A DNA stretch of 64,000 nucleotides from the NCBI RefSeq assembly GCF_964355755.1, contig NC_092672.1, positions 34,106,437 to 34,170,436 of the forward strand. Direction: 5' to 3'. The position numbers and the translations under genes were made by a program. Positions 15,201 to 27,200 of the stretch are shown one piece after another. This DNA comes from Antedon mediterranea (taxonomy: Eukaryota > Animalia > Echinodermata). Under the pieces are notes generated by a model. The model did no database searches and was not told the origin of the DNA. It was given only the letters and a program-made list of their open reading frames with translations. Position 1 is the first letter of the stretch. Every line of letters begins with the position of its first letter.

Positions 15201-18200
15201 AATAACATCAATGTACGATCCCGTTTAACACTGTTCTCAACTATAGTCATTTTGGTATACTTGAGCACAGTGATAAAGAATAGGATAAACTTAACAATAT
15301 ACAACAAATATCATTAATGTATGATCCCGTTTAACACTGTTCTCGACTATAGTCATTTTGGTATATACTTGAGCACAGTGATAAAGAATAGGATAAACTT
15401 AAAAATATACAACAAAAAACATTAATGTACGATCCAGTTTAACACTGTTCTCAACTATAGTCATTTTGGTATACTTGAAAACAGTGATAAAGAATAGGAT
15501 AAACTTAACAATATACAACAAAAAACATTAATGTACGATCCTGTTTAACACTGTTCTCAACTATAGTCATTTTGGTATACTTGAGCACAGTGAAAAAGAA
15601 TAGGATAAACTTAATAATATACAACAAATAACATTAATGTACGATCCAGTTTACCACTGTTCTCAACTAAAGTCATTTTGGTATACTTGAGCACAGTGAT
15701 AAAGAATAGGATAAACTTAATAATATACAACAAAAAACATTAATGTACGATCCCGTTTACCACTGTTCTCAACTATAGTCATTTTGGTATACTTGAGCAC
15801 AGTGATAAAGAATAGGATAAACTTAATAATATACAACAAATAACATTAATGTATATGATCCCGTTTAACACTGTTCTCAACTTTAGTCATTTTGGTATAC
15901 TTGAGCACAGTGATAAAGAATAGGATAAACTTAACAATATACAACAAATAACATTAATGCACCATCCCGTTTAACACTGTTCTCAACTATAGTCATTTTG
16001 GTATACTTGAGCACAGTGATAAAGAATAGGATAAACTTAACAATATACAACAAATAACATCAATGTACGATCCTGTTTAACACTGTTCTCAACTATAGTC
16101 ATTTTGGTATACTTGAGCACAGTGATAAAGAATAGGATAAACTTAACAATATACAACAAATAACATTAATGTATGATCCCGTTTAACACTGTTCTCGACT
16201 ATAGTCATTTTGGTATACTTGAGCACAGTGATAAAGAATAGGATAAACTTAACAATATACAACAAATAACATTAATGTACCATCCCGTTTAACACTGTTC
16301 TCAACTATAGTCATTTTGGTATACTTGAGCACAGTGATAAAGAATAGGATAAACTTAACAATATACAACAAATAACATTAATGTATGATCCCGTTTAACA
16401 CTGTTCTCAACTTTAGTCATTTTGGTATACTTGAGCACAGTGATAAAGAATAAGATAAATTTAACAATATACAACAAATAACATTAATGTATGATCCCGT
16501 TTAACACTGTTCTCAACTATAGTCATTTTGGTATATACTTGAGCACAGTGATAAAGAATAGGATAAACTTAAAAATATACAACAAAAAACATTAATGTAC
16601 GATCCAGTTTAACACTGTTCTCAACTATAGTCATTTTGGTATACTTGAGAACAGTGATAAAGAATAGGATAAACTTAACAATATAAAACAAAAAACATTA
16701 ATGTACGATCCTGTTTAACACTGTTCTCAACTATAGTCATTTTGGTATACTTGAGCACAGTGAAAAAGAATAGGATAAACTTAATAATATACAACAAATA
16801 ACATTAATGTACGATCCAGTTTACCACTGTTCTCAACTATAGTCATTTTGGTATACTTGAGCACAGTGATAAAGAATAGGATAAACTTAATAATATACAA
16901 CAAAAAACATTAATGTACGATCCCGTTTACCACTGTTCTCAACTATAGTCATTTTGGTATACTTGAGCACAGTGATAAAGAATAGGATAAACTTAATAAT
17001 ATACAACAAATAACATTAATGTACGATCCCGTTTAACACTGTTCTCAACTATAGTCATTTTGGTATACTTGAGCACAATATACAACAAATAACATTAATG
17101 TACACGATCCTGTTTAACACTGTTCTCAACTATAGTCATTTTCATATACTTGAGCACAGTGATAAAGAATAGGATAAACTTAAAAATATACAACAAAAAA
17201 CATTAATGTACGATCCCGTTTAACACTGTTCTCAACTATAGTCATTTTGGTATACTTGAGCACAGTGATAAAGAATAGGATAAACTTAACAATATACAAC
17301 AAATAGCATTAATGTACGATCCAGTTTAACACTGTTCTCAACTATAGTCATTTTGGTATACTTGAGCACAGTGATAAAGAATAGGATAAACTTAATAATA
17401 TACAACAAAAAACATTAATGTACGATCCCGTTTAACACTGTTCTCAACTATAGTCATTTTGGTATACTTGAGCACAATATACAACAAATAACATTAATGT
17501 ACACGATCCTGTTTAACACTGTTCTCAACTATAGTCATTTTCATATACTTGAGCACAGTGATAATATGAAAAACATAATAACACTATAATATTTGTAGAT
17601 GAATGACGCGGACACGTACATAATGTTCATAAGTAATTGATATAAATTGACTTTTAAAAGTGGAATTAACACAAATGATTGTAGAAAATATGACGTGAAT
17701 TGCACGTACATTATGTTGATGAGTAGTATATTGATATAAATCGACTTTTAAAAGTGAAATAACACTAATATTTGTAGATGAATATGACGTGGACACGTAC
17801 GGTACATAATGTTGATGAGTATATTGATATAAATCGACTTTTAAAGTGAAATAACACTATTAGTTGTACACTATTGATCATATATGAATATGACGTGAAT
17901 TGCACGTACATATGTTGATGAGTAGGCCTATATTGATATAATTGACTTCGAAAAGTGAAATAACACTGATTTGTAAATGAATATGACGTGGACAAGTACA
18001 TTTATTGATGAGTATATTGATAAATCGACTTTTAAAAGTGAAATAACACTAATATTTATAGATGAATATGACGTGGACACGTACATATGTTGATGAGTAT
18101 ATTGATATAAGTCGACTTTTAAAGTGGAATTAACACTATTGATTGTAGACGTGAATTACATGTACATATGTTGATGAGTGTATTGATATAAATCGAATAA

Positions 18201-21200
18201 ACGTTAAATAACACTATCTTGTACAGGTACCCTCACTTGCACTGATGAAGGGCTAGTGTTGCCCGAAAACTCTGCTAACTTTTCTGTCTGTTTTACTTTA
18301 TCTTTCTTTCTTTCTTTCTTTATTAAAAACAAACCAATTGGCAGCAAATCTGCTGAATTGCATGGTAAGGGACAATATACATTCAAAAGACAAGTAAAGT
18401 AATAGTCATCATTAGGCCTAAACAAAATTATCGCAATTACAAAATATATGTAAATGTAAACATAAAGTTAAAAAAATAAAGTCTTATTGCAAGGATATAG
18501 TATATACATTATTACTTAATTACAGTACATTGGTTTCTTAATTAAAGTCGACTTCAGACAATTAAATAATTACAATTATACATTTACAAAAACATTAAAT
18601 ACAAAATTAAATGAGAATTAAGAATAAATTGAGTCAAATTCAAGAAATTTCTACTAGGCCTATATGTCAAATTAATTAATATCTGGTAACATTATACATT
18701 TATTTTCTTTTATTATTTAATCAATACTGTTGAGGCAGCGAGTGAGAAACGGGATTGCACTGTTTCCATATCTATTTGTCTTATTTTTGGGGACCTGGTA
18801 TGTATTACTTTTCCGTAAGGCCATATTATGCGTACTCATATTTCTCGGAAACCACTTAGCATACGCATTAGCACATTTCGTTTTGATTTAGCTTTTCGCT
18901 TCTTTTTTTGTATCTCCATTGAGACCACAGCATTGTTAGTATTTTGCCTTTGGATTTACTAATATTAAAGGTGAAATAACACTAATGACTGTAGATGATA
19001 TGACATTTATGTTGATGTATATATTTTTGTATAATATAATATGCACACGTACATACGTTAATAGGTATTGATATAAATAGATTTTTAAAAGTACGGTAAT
19101 AGACACTTTATTTGTAGATGAATACGACATGGACAAGTTGCAATAAGTTTATCCTATTCTTTATCACTGTGCTCAAGTATACCAAAATGACTATAGTTAG
19201 AACAGTGTTAAACGAGATCATACATTAATGTTATTTGTTGTATATTGTTAAGTTTATCCTATTCTTTATCACTGTGCTCAAGTATACCAAAATGACTATA
19301 GTCGAGAACAGTGTTAAACGGGATCGTACATTAATGTTATTTGTTGTATATTGTTAAGTTTATCCTATTCTTTATCACTGTGCTCAATTATACCAAAATG
19401 ACTATAGTCGAGAACAGTGTTAAACTGGATCGTACATTAATGTTATTTGTTGTATATTATTAAGTTTATCCTATTCTTTATCACTGTGCTCAAGTATACC
19501 AAAATGACTATAGTCGAGAACAGTGTTAAACGGGATCGTACATTAATGTTATTTGTTGTATATTGTTAAGTTTATCCTATTCTTTATCACTGTGCTCAAG
19601 TATACCAAAATGACTATAGTTAGAACAGTGTTAAACGGGATCATACATTAATGTTATTTGTTGTATATTGTTAAGTTTATCCTATTCTTTATCACTGTGC
19701 TCAAGTATACCAAAATGACTATAGTCGAGAACAGTGTTAAACGGGATCGTACATTAATGTTATTTGTTGTATATTGTTAAGTTTATCCTATTCTTTATCA
19801 CTGTGCTCAATTATACCAAAATGACTATAGTCGAGAACAGTGTTAAACTGGATCGTACATTAATGTTATTTGTTGTATATTATTAAGTTTATCCTATTCT
19901 TTATCACTGTGCTCAAGTATACCAAAATGACTATAGTCGAGAACAGTGTTAAACGGGATCGTACATTAATGTTATTTGTTGTATATTGTTAAGTTTATCC
20001 TATTCTTTATCACTGTGCTCAAGTATACCAAAATGACTATAGTCGAGAACAGTGTTAAACGGGATCGTACATTAATGTTATTTGTTGTATATTGTTAAGT
20101 TTATCCTATTCTTTATCACTGTGCTCAATTATACCAAAATGACTATAGTCGAGAACAGTGTTAAACTGGATCGTACATTAATGTTATTTGTTGTATATTA
20201 TTAAGTTTATCCTATTCTTTATCACTGTGCTCAAGTATACCAAAATGACTATAGTTAGAACAGTGTTAAACGGGATCATACATTAATGTTATTTGTTGTA
20301 TATTGTTAAGTTTATCCTATTCTTTATCACTGTGCTCAAGTATACCAAAATGACTATAGTCGAGAACAGTGTTAAACTGGATCATACATTAATGTTATTT
20401 GTTGTATATTATTAAGTTTATCCTATTCTTTATCACTGTGCTCAAGTATACCAAAATGAATATAGTCGAGAACAGTGTTAAACGGGATCATACATTAATT
20501 TTATTTGTTGTATATTATTAAGTTTATCCTATTCTTTATCACTGTGCTCAAAAGTATACCAAAATGACTATAGTCGAGAACAGTGTTAAACGGGATCGTA
20601 CATTAATGATATTTGTTGTATATTATTAAGTTTATCCTATTCTTTATCACTGTGCTCAAGTATACCAAAATGATTATAGTCGAGAACAGTGTTGAACGGG
20701 ATCATACCTTAATGCTATTTGTTGTATATTATTAAGTTTATCCTATTCTTTATCACTGTGCTCAAGTATACCAAAATGACTATAGTTGAGAACAGTGTTA
20801 AACGGGATCGTACATTAATGCTATTTGTTGTATATTATTAAGTTTATCCTATTCTTTATCACTGTGCTCAAGTATACCAAAATGACTATAGTTGAGAACA
20901 GTGTTAAACGGGATCGTACATTAATGTTATTTGTTGTATATTATTAAGTTTATCCTATTCTTTATCACTGTGCTCAAGTATACCAACATGACTATAGTCG
21001 AGAACAGTGTTAAACGGGATCATACCTTAATGCTATTTGTTGTATATTATTAAGTTTATCCTATTCTTTATCACTGTGCTTAAGTATACCAAAATGACTA
21101 GTTGAGAACAGTGTTAAACTGGATCGTACATTAATGTTATTTGTTGTATATTATTAAGTTTATCCTAATCTTTATCACTGTGCTCAAGTATACCAAAATG

Positions 21201-24200
21201 ACTATAGTTGAGAACAGTGTTAAACTGGATCGTACATTAATGCTATTTGTTGTATATTATTAAGTTTATCCTATTCTTTATCACTGTGCTCAAGTATACC
21301 AAAATGACTATAGTTGAGAACAGTGTTAAACTACATCGTACATTAATGTTTTGTTGTATATTGTTAAGTTTATCCTATTCTTTATCACTGTGCTCAAGTA
21401 TACCAAAATGACTATAGTCGAGAACAGTGTTAAACGGGATCGTACATTAATGATATTTGTTGTATATTATTAAGTTTATCCTATTCTTTATCACTGTGCT
21501 CAAGTATACCAAAATGACTATAGTCGAGAACAGTGTTAAACGGGATCATACCTTAATGCTATTTGTTGTATATTATTAAGTTTATCCTATTCTTTATCAC
21601 TGTGCTCAAGTATACCAAAATGACTATAGTTGAGAACAGTGGTAAACTGGATCGTACATTAATGCTATTTGTTGTATATTATTAAGTTTATCCTATTCTT
21701 TATCACTGTGCTCAAGTATACCAAAATGACTATAGTTGAGAACAGTGTTAAACGGGATCGTACATTAATGTTATTTGTTGTATATTATTAAGTTTATCCT
21801 ATTCTTTATCACTGTGCTCAAGTATACCAACATGACTATAGTCGAGAACAGTGTTAAATGGGATCATACCTTAATGCTATTTGTTGTATATTATTAAGTT
21901 TATCCTATTCTTTATCACTGTGCTTAAGTATACCAAAATGACTATAGTTGAGAACAGTGTTAAACTGGATCGTACATTAATGTTATTTGTTGTATATTAT
22001 TAAGTTTATCCTATTCTTTATCACTGTGCTCAAGTATACCAAAATGACTATAGTTGAGAACAGTGTTAAACTACATCGTACATTAATGTTTTGTTGTATA
22101 TTGTTAAGTTTATCCTATTCTTTATCACTGTGCTCAAGTATACCAAAATGACTATAGTTGAGAACAGTGTTAAACGGGATGGTACATTAATGTTATTTGT
22201 TTTATCACTGTTCTCAAGTATACCAAAATGACTATAGTTGAGAACAGTGTTAAACTGGATCAGTTTATCCTATTCTTTATCACTGTGCTCAAGTAGGCCT
22301 ATACCAAAATGTCTATAGTTGAGAACAGTGTTAAACTGGATCGTACATTAATGCTATTTGTTGTATATTGTTAAGTTTATCCTATTCTTTATCACTGTGC
22401 TCAAGTATACTAAAATGACTATAGTTGAGAACAGTGGTAAACTGGATCGCACATTAATTTTATCCTTTGCTTTACTGTGCTTTGATTTGATAAGCAAGTT
22501 TGGTTGCCCCGCCCCCATATGCTACCTACTAAATTAGGATTCCCTAGCTTTTCTATAAAAATTGAAGTACCCACAATGCACGTTATACGGAAGTCACAGT
22601 CTTGTAAAATACAGACACAATAGTTTTTATCGTATTGTTTTCATTTAAATATCACTAAGATTGTCTTAAACTACAAACAACTAAAATTAGTGAAGGTATG
22701 CAAGTGTTTCTAAATGTTTACTACTGGTAGTATTAATACAATTTGGATTATATCATTTTCCAGAAAGGTAGAAAAAAACATAAAATAGTTGAGAATTCTC
22801 AACTAGCCAGGATGGTATAGGAAATATAGCTCGGCCATGTTCAATGTTTTTGTTTCTATGGAACGTCAAAAGAGCAAAAATTATATAGAGGGCTGAAAAC
22901 TCTGTGGAGTCCATCTACAGTGTGGATGGAACAATGTAAAATTAAAATTGTAATGATAATAGTATAATCATGCAAGTACGAAGAAATAAATACTGGCAAA
23001 TAAATTTTAATTTAAAAATCATGATAAGTTTTTTGTTTCGTTTTCTTTCTGTTTTTATACTTGTACTATTATTGTTGCTCTTTTGGCGCTCCATAGAAAC
23101 AAAAACATTGAGCATGATGGGGAGCTCGAGGAGTTACATTGTCATTACAGTATACAAAAGAAACACATCTGTAAAATCATCAATTTAAAGGATTTATTTA
23201 TTTGTTATTATGTGTTTCTCCTTCTGAAAGTACTTATAAGTCCTAATTTTGGCGCTAGTTCCGTTTCGCACCTGTCGTTTATTTCGACTCAAAATTGGTT
23301 AAGAAACTTTATCGTGAGTACCACACCTTAGAATTAGGCCTCAAAAATACTTTTACGAAGGAGATCACACAAAAAATAAAAAATAAATCCTTTAAATTGA
23401 TGAATTTACAGACGTGTTTCTCGCACATCGGTTTGTGAATTTCGCATACTCCATGTTCAATGTTGTTGTTTCTATGGAGCGCCAAAAGAGCAATCATAAT
23501 AGAGGGCTAAAAACTCAGTAAATTGCGTATATTTAATGCATTTATTGGTGAAAATTACGTTCAATTTTATCATACTTTGTCAATGTCAATGCAACAAAAA
23601 TATTACTGTTGATACTGTACATGCTTTTTGCAGGAACTTTTATTTTAGGAATGAAAATCGACAAATGCATCATCATATTACATGTACTGCTGTAGGGGGT
23701 ATACCTGATCTAAATAATATTCCTCTTAGTCTATAGCCTAGTCTTACTCTTAGTTAGGCCTAGGGTTGGTTGCTATTTGAAAACAGCAAATTATTAGCAG
23801 TAAAATGTTACAGCATTTTTATTGGCAAAATATATTAAAATTAAACGTGTATTTCAATAATAAATGCATTAAAAGAAGACGCATTCCACTGAGTTTTTAA
23901 CCATCTATTGTTGTTGCTCTTTTGGCGCTCCATAGAAACGAAAATATTGAACTTCGAGTATGCTAAATTCGCGAACGGTATGCCAGCAGAATCATGTCTG
24001 TAAAATCATCAATTTAAGGATTTATTTGTTACTTTTTATGTGATTCTTCTTCATAAAAGTACTTATGAGGCCCAATTTTAAGGTGTGGTATTCACAATAA
24101 GTTGCTTAACAATTTGGAGTCAAAAAGAAGTCGAAATAAAAACAGGTGCGAAACGGAACTAGCGCCCTAATTTTAAAGTGTGGTGTTCAGGATAAAGTTA

Positions 24201-27200
24201 GTCAACAAATTTGGAGTCAAAATACAAGAAAGGCAGGTGCGTAAGAAAAACATCCTCTGAAGCAACACAATGGAGTAAATATATACCAACAAACAACCCG
24301 TCAAGTTTGTTTGTTGTAAAGAAAAAATATACATTTACTCAACGGGCGAAAATAATGTGAGTTTATCTATGTTTTGCGGTAGTATTAAATTATATTTATG
24401 GTAATAAATGAAACCTACTGTGTTTAAAATTATGTATGGATAAACAAGTATTGTTTTTAAGCTGTAGTATATCTTAGTATTTGTAATCTTAGGTGTTGGG
24501 TCTTAGCTTTCGTGATCTTAGGTCTTAGGGGGTCTGAGCTTTCGTGGTCTGAGCTTTCGTGACACCCTTAATCCATCATGATGGTATACTGGAGGTTGTA
24601 ATGTGTTTAAATATATACAATTCTTTTTTTCCATGATAAAAATTAGAAATATATTTGTGAAAATATAATATTCTGCCTCTTTCAGAGGCAATAACTAACA
24701 AACCGCATCGTGTTTCATATTAATGCCTTGTATAACCATCCATACAAGTCCGATAAAAGTATGATTATTGTAAACTATATTTAAATTATTGTATAAACTA
24801 TTAATTTTGTAGGTTTTTAGCTTTGTTAATGCATTTTTCAACGGGCGCTAACGGCGTCTCGTAATTTTAGTCACGCTTCGTCGAATTCGCTGTACACAAT
24901 AATACGACATGAGGCGGTTATAAATTGGGTATAAAAGTCTAATTTTCTCGTAAAATCCCAAGTTTTGCAAGACGCAACATCAAGAAATGTTATTACCTAT
25001 ATACATAGAACCTATGGATGAAATTTTATTAGGGTACGTTCTTATACCATGGTGAGGGTGATTTTTGACTGGACTAAATGCAATGATAAAGTAAATCCAC
25101 AAAACTAAAATATCATAAGCAACAAATAAATTAAAGACTTAAGTAAAAGAATAAAAATTACCTGAACCACTTGGAGGACATGGGAAGCATGAACCACCCC
25201 AGGCCTTTCCATAGACCATGCAACAACACTGTTGCCATGTCACATCAATGTATAGAATACCTTCACAATGACCACCGTTGCTACCATTGTAAGTTGCATA
25301 ACACCTTTCATATAAAGGTACCTCCAATGGAACTAAAAAAGAGACCTCACAATAATTATCTATTTGATAAATTTTGGAAGGGTAGAAAATTTCATTTCAA
25401 TGAAAAAGTTTGTTTTTGTTAACGTCAATACACCAGCAATTACATTACTCATGCATAGTAATGTACACTTGTATGCAAATTAAAATTTGCATGTACTGTA
25501 GTTTCTCTTATATGACCAATATTACAGATTGATAAACTCTTTGAATTACTTTGTTTTTCTGCTTCTCGATAGTCATCATCGCACAATGCAGAAAAATCAT
25601 CTAAAAAATAAACACATTTGTTAATTTATACTACATATGTTCACACAAAAAGTATACAATATACATAACACTATATTCTTATTCTCATTATTACTGGTCA
25701 AAATGTATAGAAACTAAGTATAGACCTAATGTACTATACAAATGCCATTGACATCAAAATCTATTGTCATAATAAGTGGAGTGGAGTTGTGGCTTGGTGG
25801 TTTGATGCTTGGCTACCACTCCAAGGGTCCTGGGTTCAAGTTCCGTCACATGTCAGGATTTTTTCTAAGGACCAAATTACAACTCCACTCCCAAAGACTT
25901 GTAATAAGACTTGTTGTTGTGTTGTTATGTAGAGCATCTTGTGTATATGTTTGTCTTGTGAACCTCTGAGGGTCCCTAATGATCAGCATTAGCTGGATGG
26001 ATCACCCTCATTAAATATGGTAGTAGTAAAAAATAATTGTAATCATAGTTAATCAGTAACTGTCATCATCGTCATATCATCAATCATTTTCTGTACAACT
26101 GTATTAAAACTTACCGGTACCAATAGGGGCGCAAGCCGAACACTCACTACCCCACGATTCACCGTTTAAAAGACAGCAACACTCAACTTCACTGGCACCA
26201 GATGCCAACATGTTGTTGCTGCAATGGGCCCCAGAATCATAAGATGATGTGTTGCTAACCAGCATTGGACCATAACAACCAAACTGTGAATTGTCATAAT
26301 CAGGTACTAACAAAAATAGAAAGTAATTGTTAAGTTTATATTATTCACTTGCTGTATACATCTTTCCAAGATTTTAACCACATCTTTCCAAGATTGCAAT
26401 CAATTAATTTGGTTAATGTATTGTTATATTATATGCCTGTATATCATTGAAATCATTTTAAAATTCAACTGTGATACACTCATCTGCTCATTCATTTATT
26501 TACATATTTATTATTTTAATTTATGCTTTGTCAATCAGTCGACATCACAGTTCTTCCCCTGTAGGTGAATATGCCAAGAAAGGGGTTGAGAATCTTGTGG
26601 TGATCTCATCACTGGTTTTAAGGGCCAGAGAGATTTGTGAGGTCACAATGTATACATTTGAAATCACAGATTGATCTCATGGTGATCTCATGGCAATCTC
26701 ATCACTGATTTCAGAGTCAGAGAGATTTGTGAGGTCACAATGATATAAATTTGAAATCACAAATTGATCTCAGAGTGATCTCAGCAATTCAGATGATAGC
26801 ATGAGATCATGGTGATATTTTGGTGATATCTATCATATCATATATTCTGACTTGCAATGCTGATTTTGCTTCTCTTTATTCTTCTAGCTGCATCACATGA
26901 TATTCAAGCTGCTTGATGGTTACTAGTAATTATAGTATACAATTCATGTTGTAAATATAAGTGACGTTACTAAAGAACCTTTCTATTTTACAACCTGTTT
27001 TAAGCTCTGTCTACACTATCAAATTAGTTTTGACAAAAAATGATGTGATGTGCCCAAATATGATAGTGATATGACATCATCAAGTTCATATATGGGAAAA
27101 TCACATTTTTTTGTCACATAAAGTGTAATAGAGAACTTTAGGCATGCAAACATATGAACTAATTATTCTGCCATCAGTAAAACATATGCAATAATGTTCA

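Larger units (their letters stand above)
11058..22819. mobile_element. Innermost inverted-repeat-bounded unit carrying the satellite arrays
   Basis: 36-bp inverted repeat TATACCAAATTGGCTAGTTGAGAATTCTCAACTATT (11058-11093) vs 22784-22819, 3 mismatches, containing the perfect palindrome TAGTTGAGAATTCTCAACTA. The outer TA may be a TSD. Confidence 0.5.
10761..24567. mobile_element. Mutator/Foldback-like element inserted into the right TIR of the Academ-like element
   Basis: Apparently perfect 90-bp TIRs 10761-10850 / 24478-24567 (GGGTGTCACGAAAGCTCAGA..., internally repetitive). Degenerate ~10-bp TSD: TTAA(CCCA)TCCATC left, TTAATCCATC right. Subterminal inverted homology ~10855-11000 vs ~23995-24245. 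Confidence 0.7.
8728..25076. mobile_element. Academ-like non-autonomous DNA transposon (~2.5 kb proper), interrupted by a 13.8-kb nested insertion
   Basis: Termini TAGTCCAGTCAAAAATCACCCTC ... GAGGGTGATTTTTGACTGGACTA with a 3-bp TSD AAT (8725-8727, 25077-25079). The long TIR 8728-~9474 matches ~10636-10760 plus 24568-25076 in inverted orientation. TAG..CTA ends, 3-bp TSD and long TIRs fit Academ. No transposase ORF. Confidence 0.75.

Noticed and set aside
17584-19136. Short ORFs between the satellite arrays as cargo genes
   Set aside because: Mostly translations of the 87-bp repeat or low-complexity sequence, with no splice-consistent model or recognisable domain.
11386-22465. CRISPR-like array
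   Set aside because: Monomers repeat over their whole 106 bp with no unique spacers, no cas genes are present, and the context is a eukaryotic intron.
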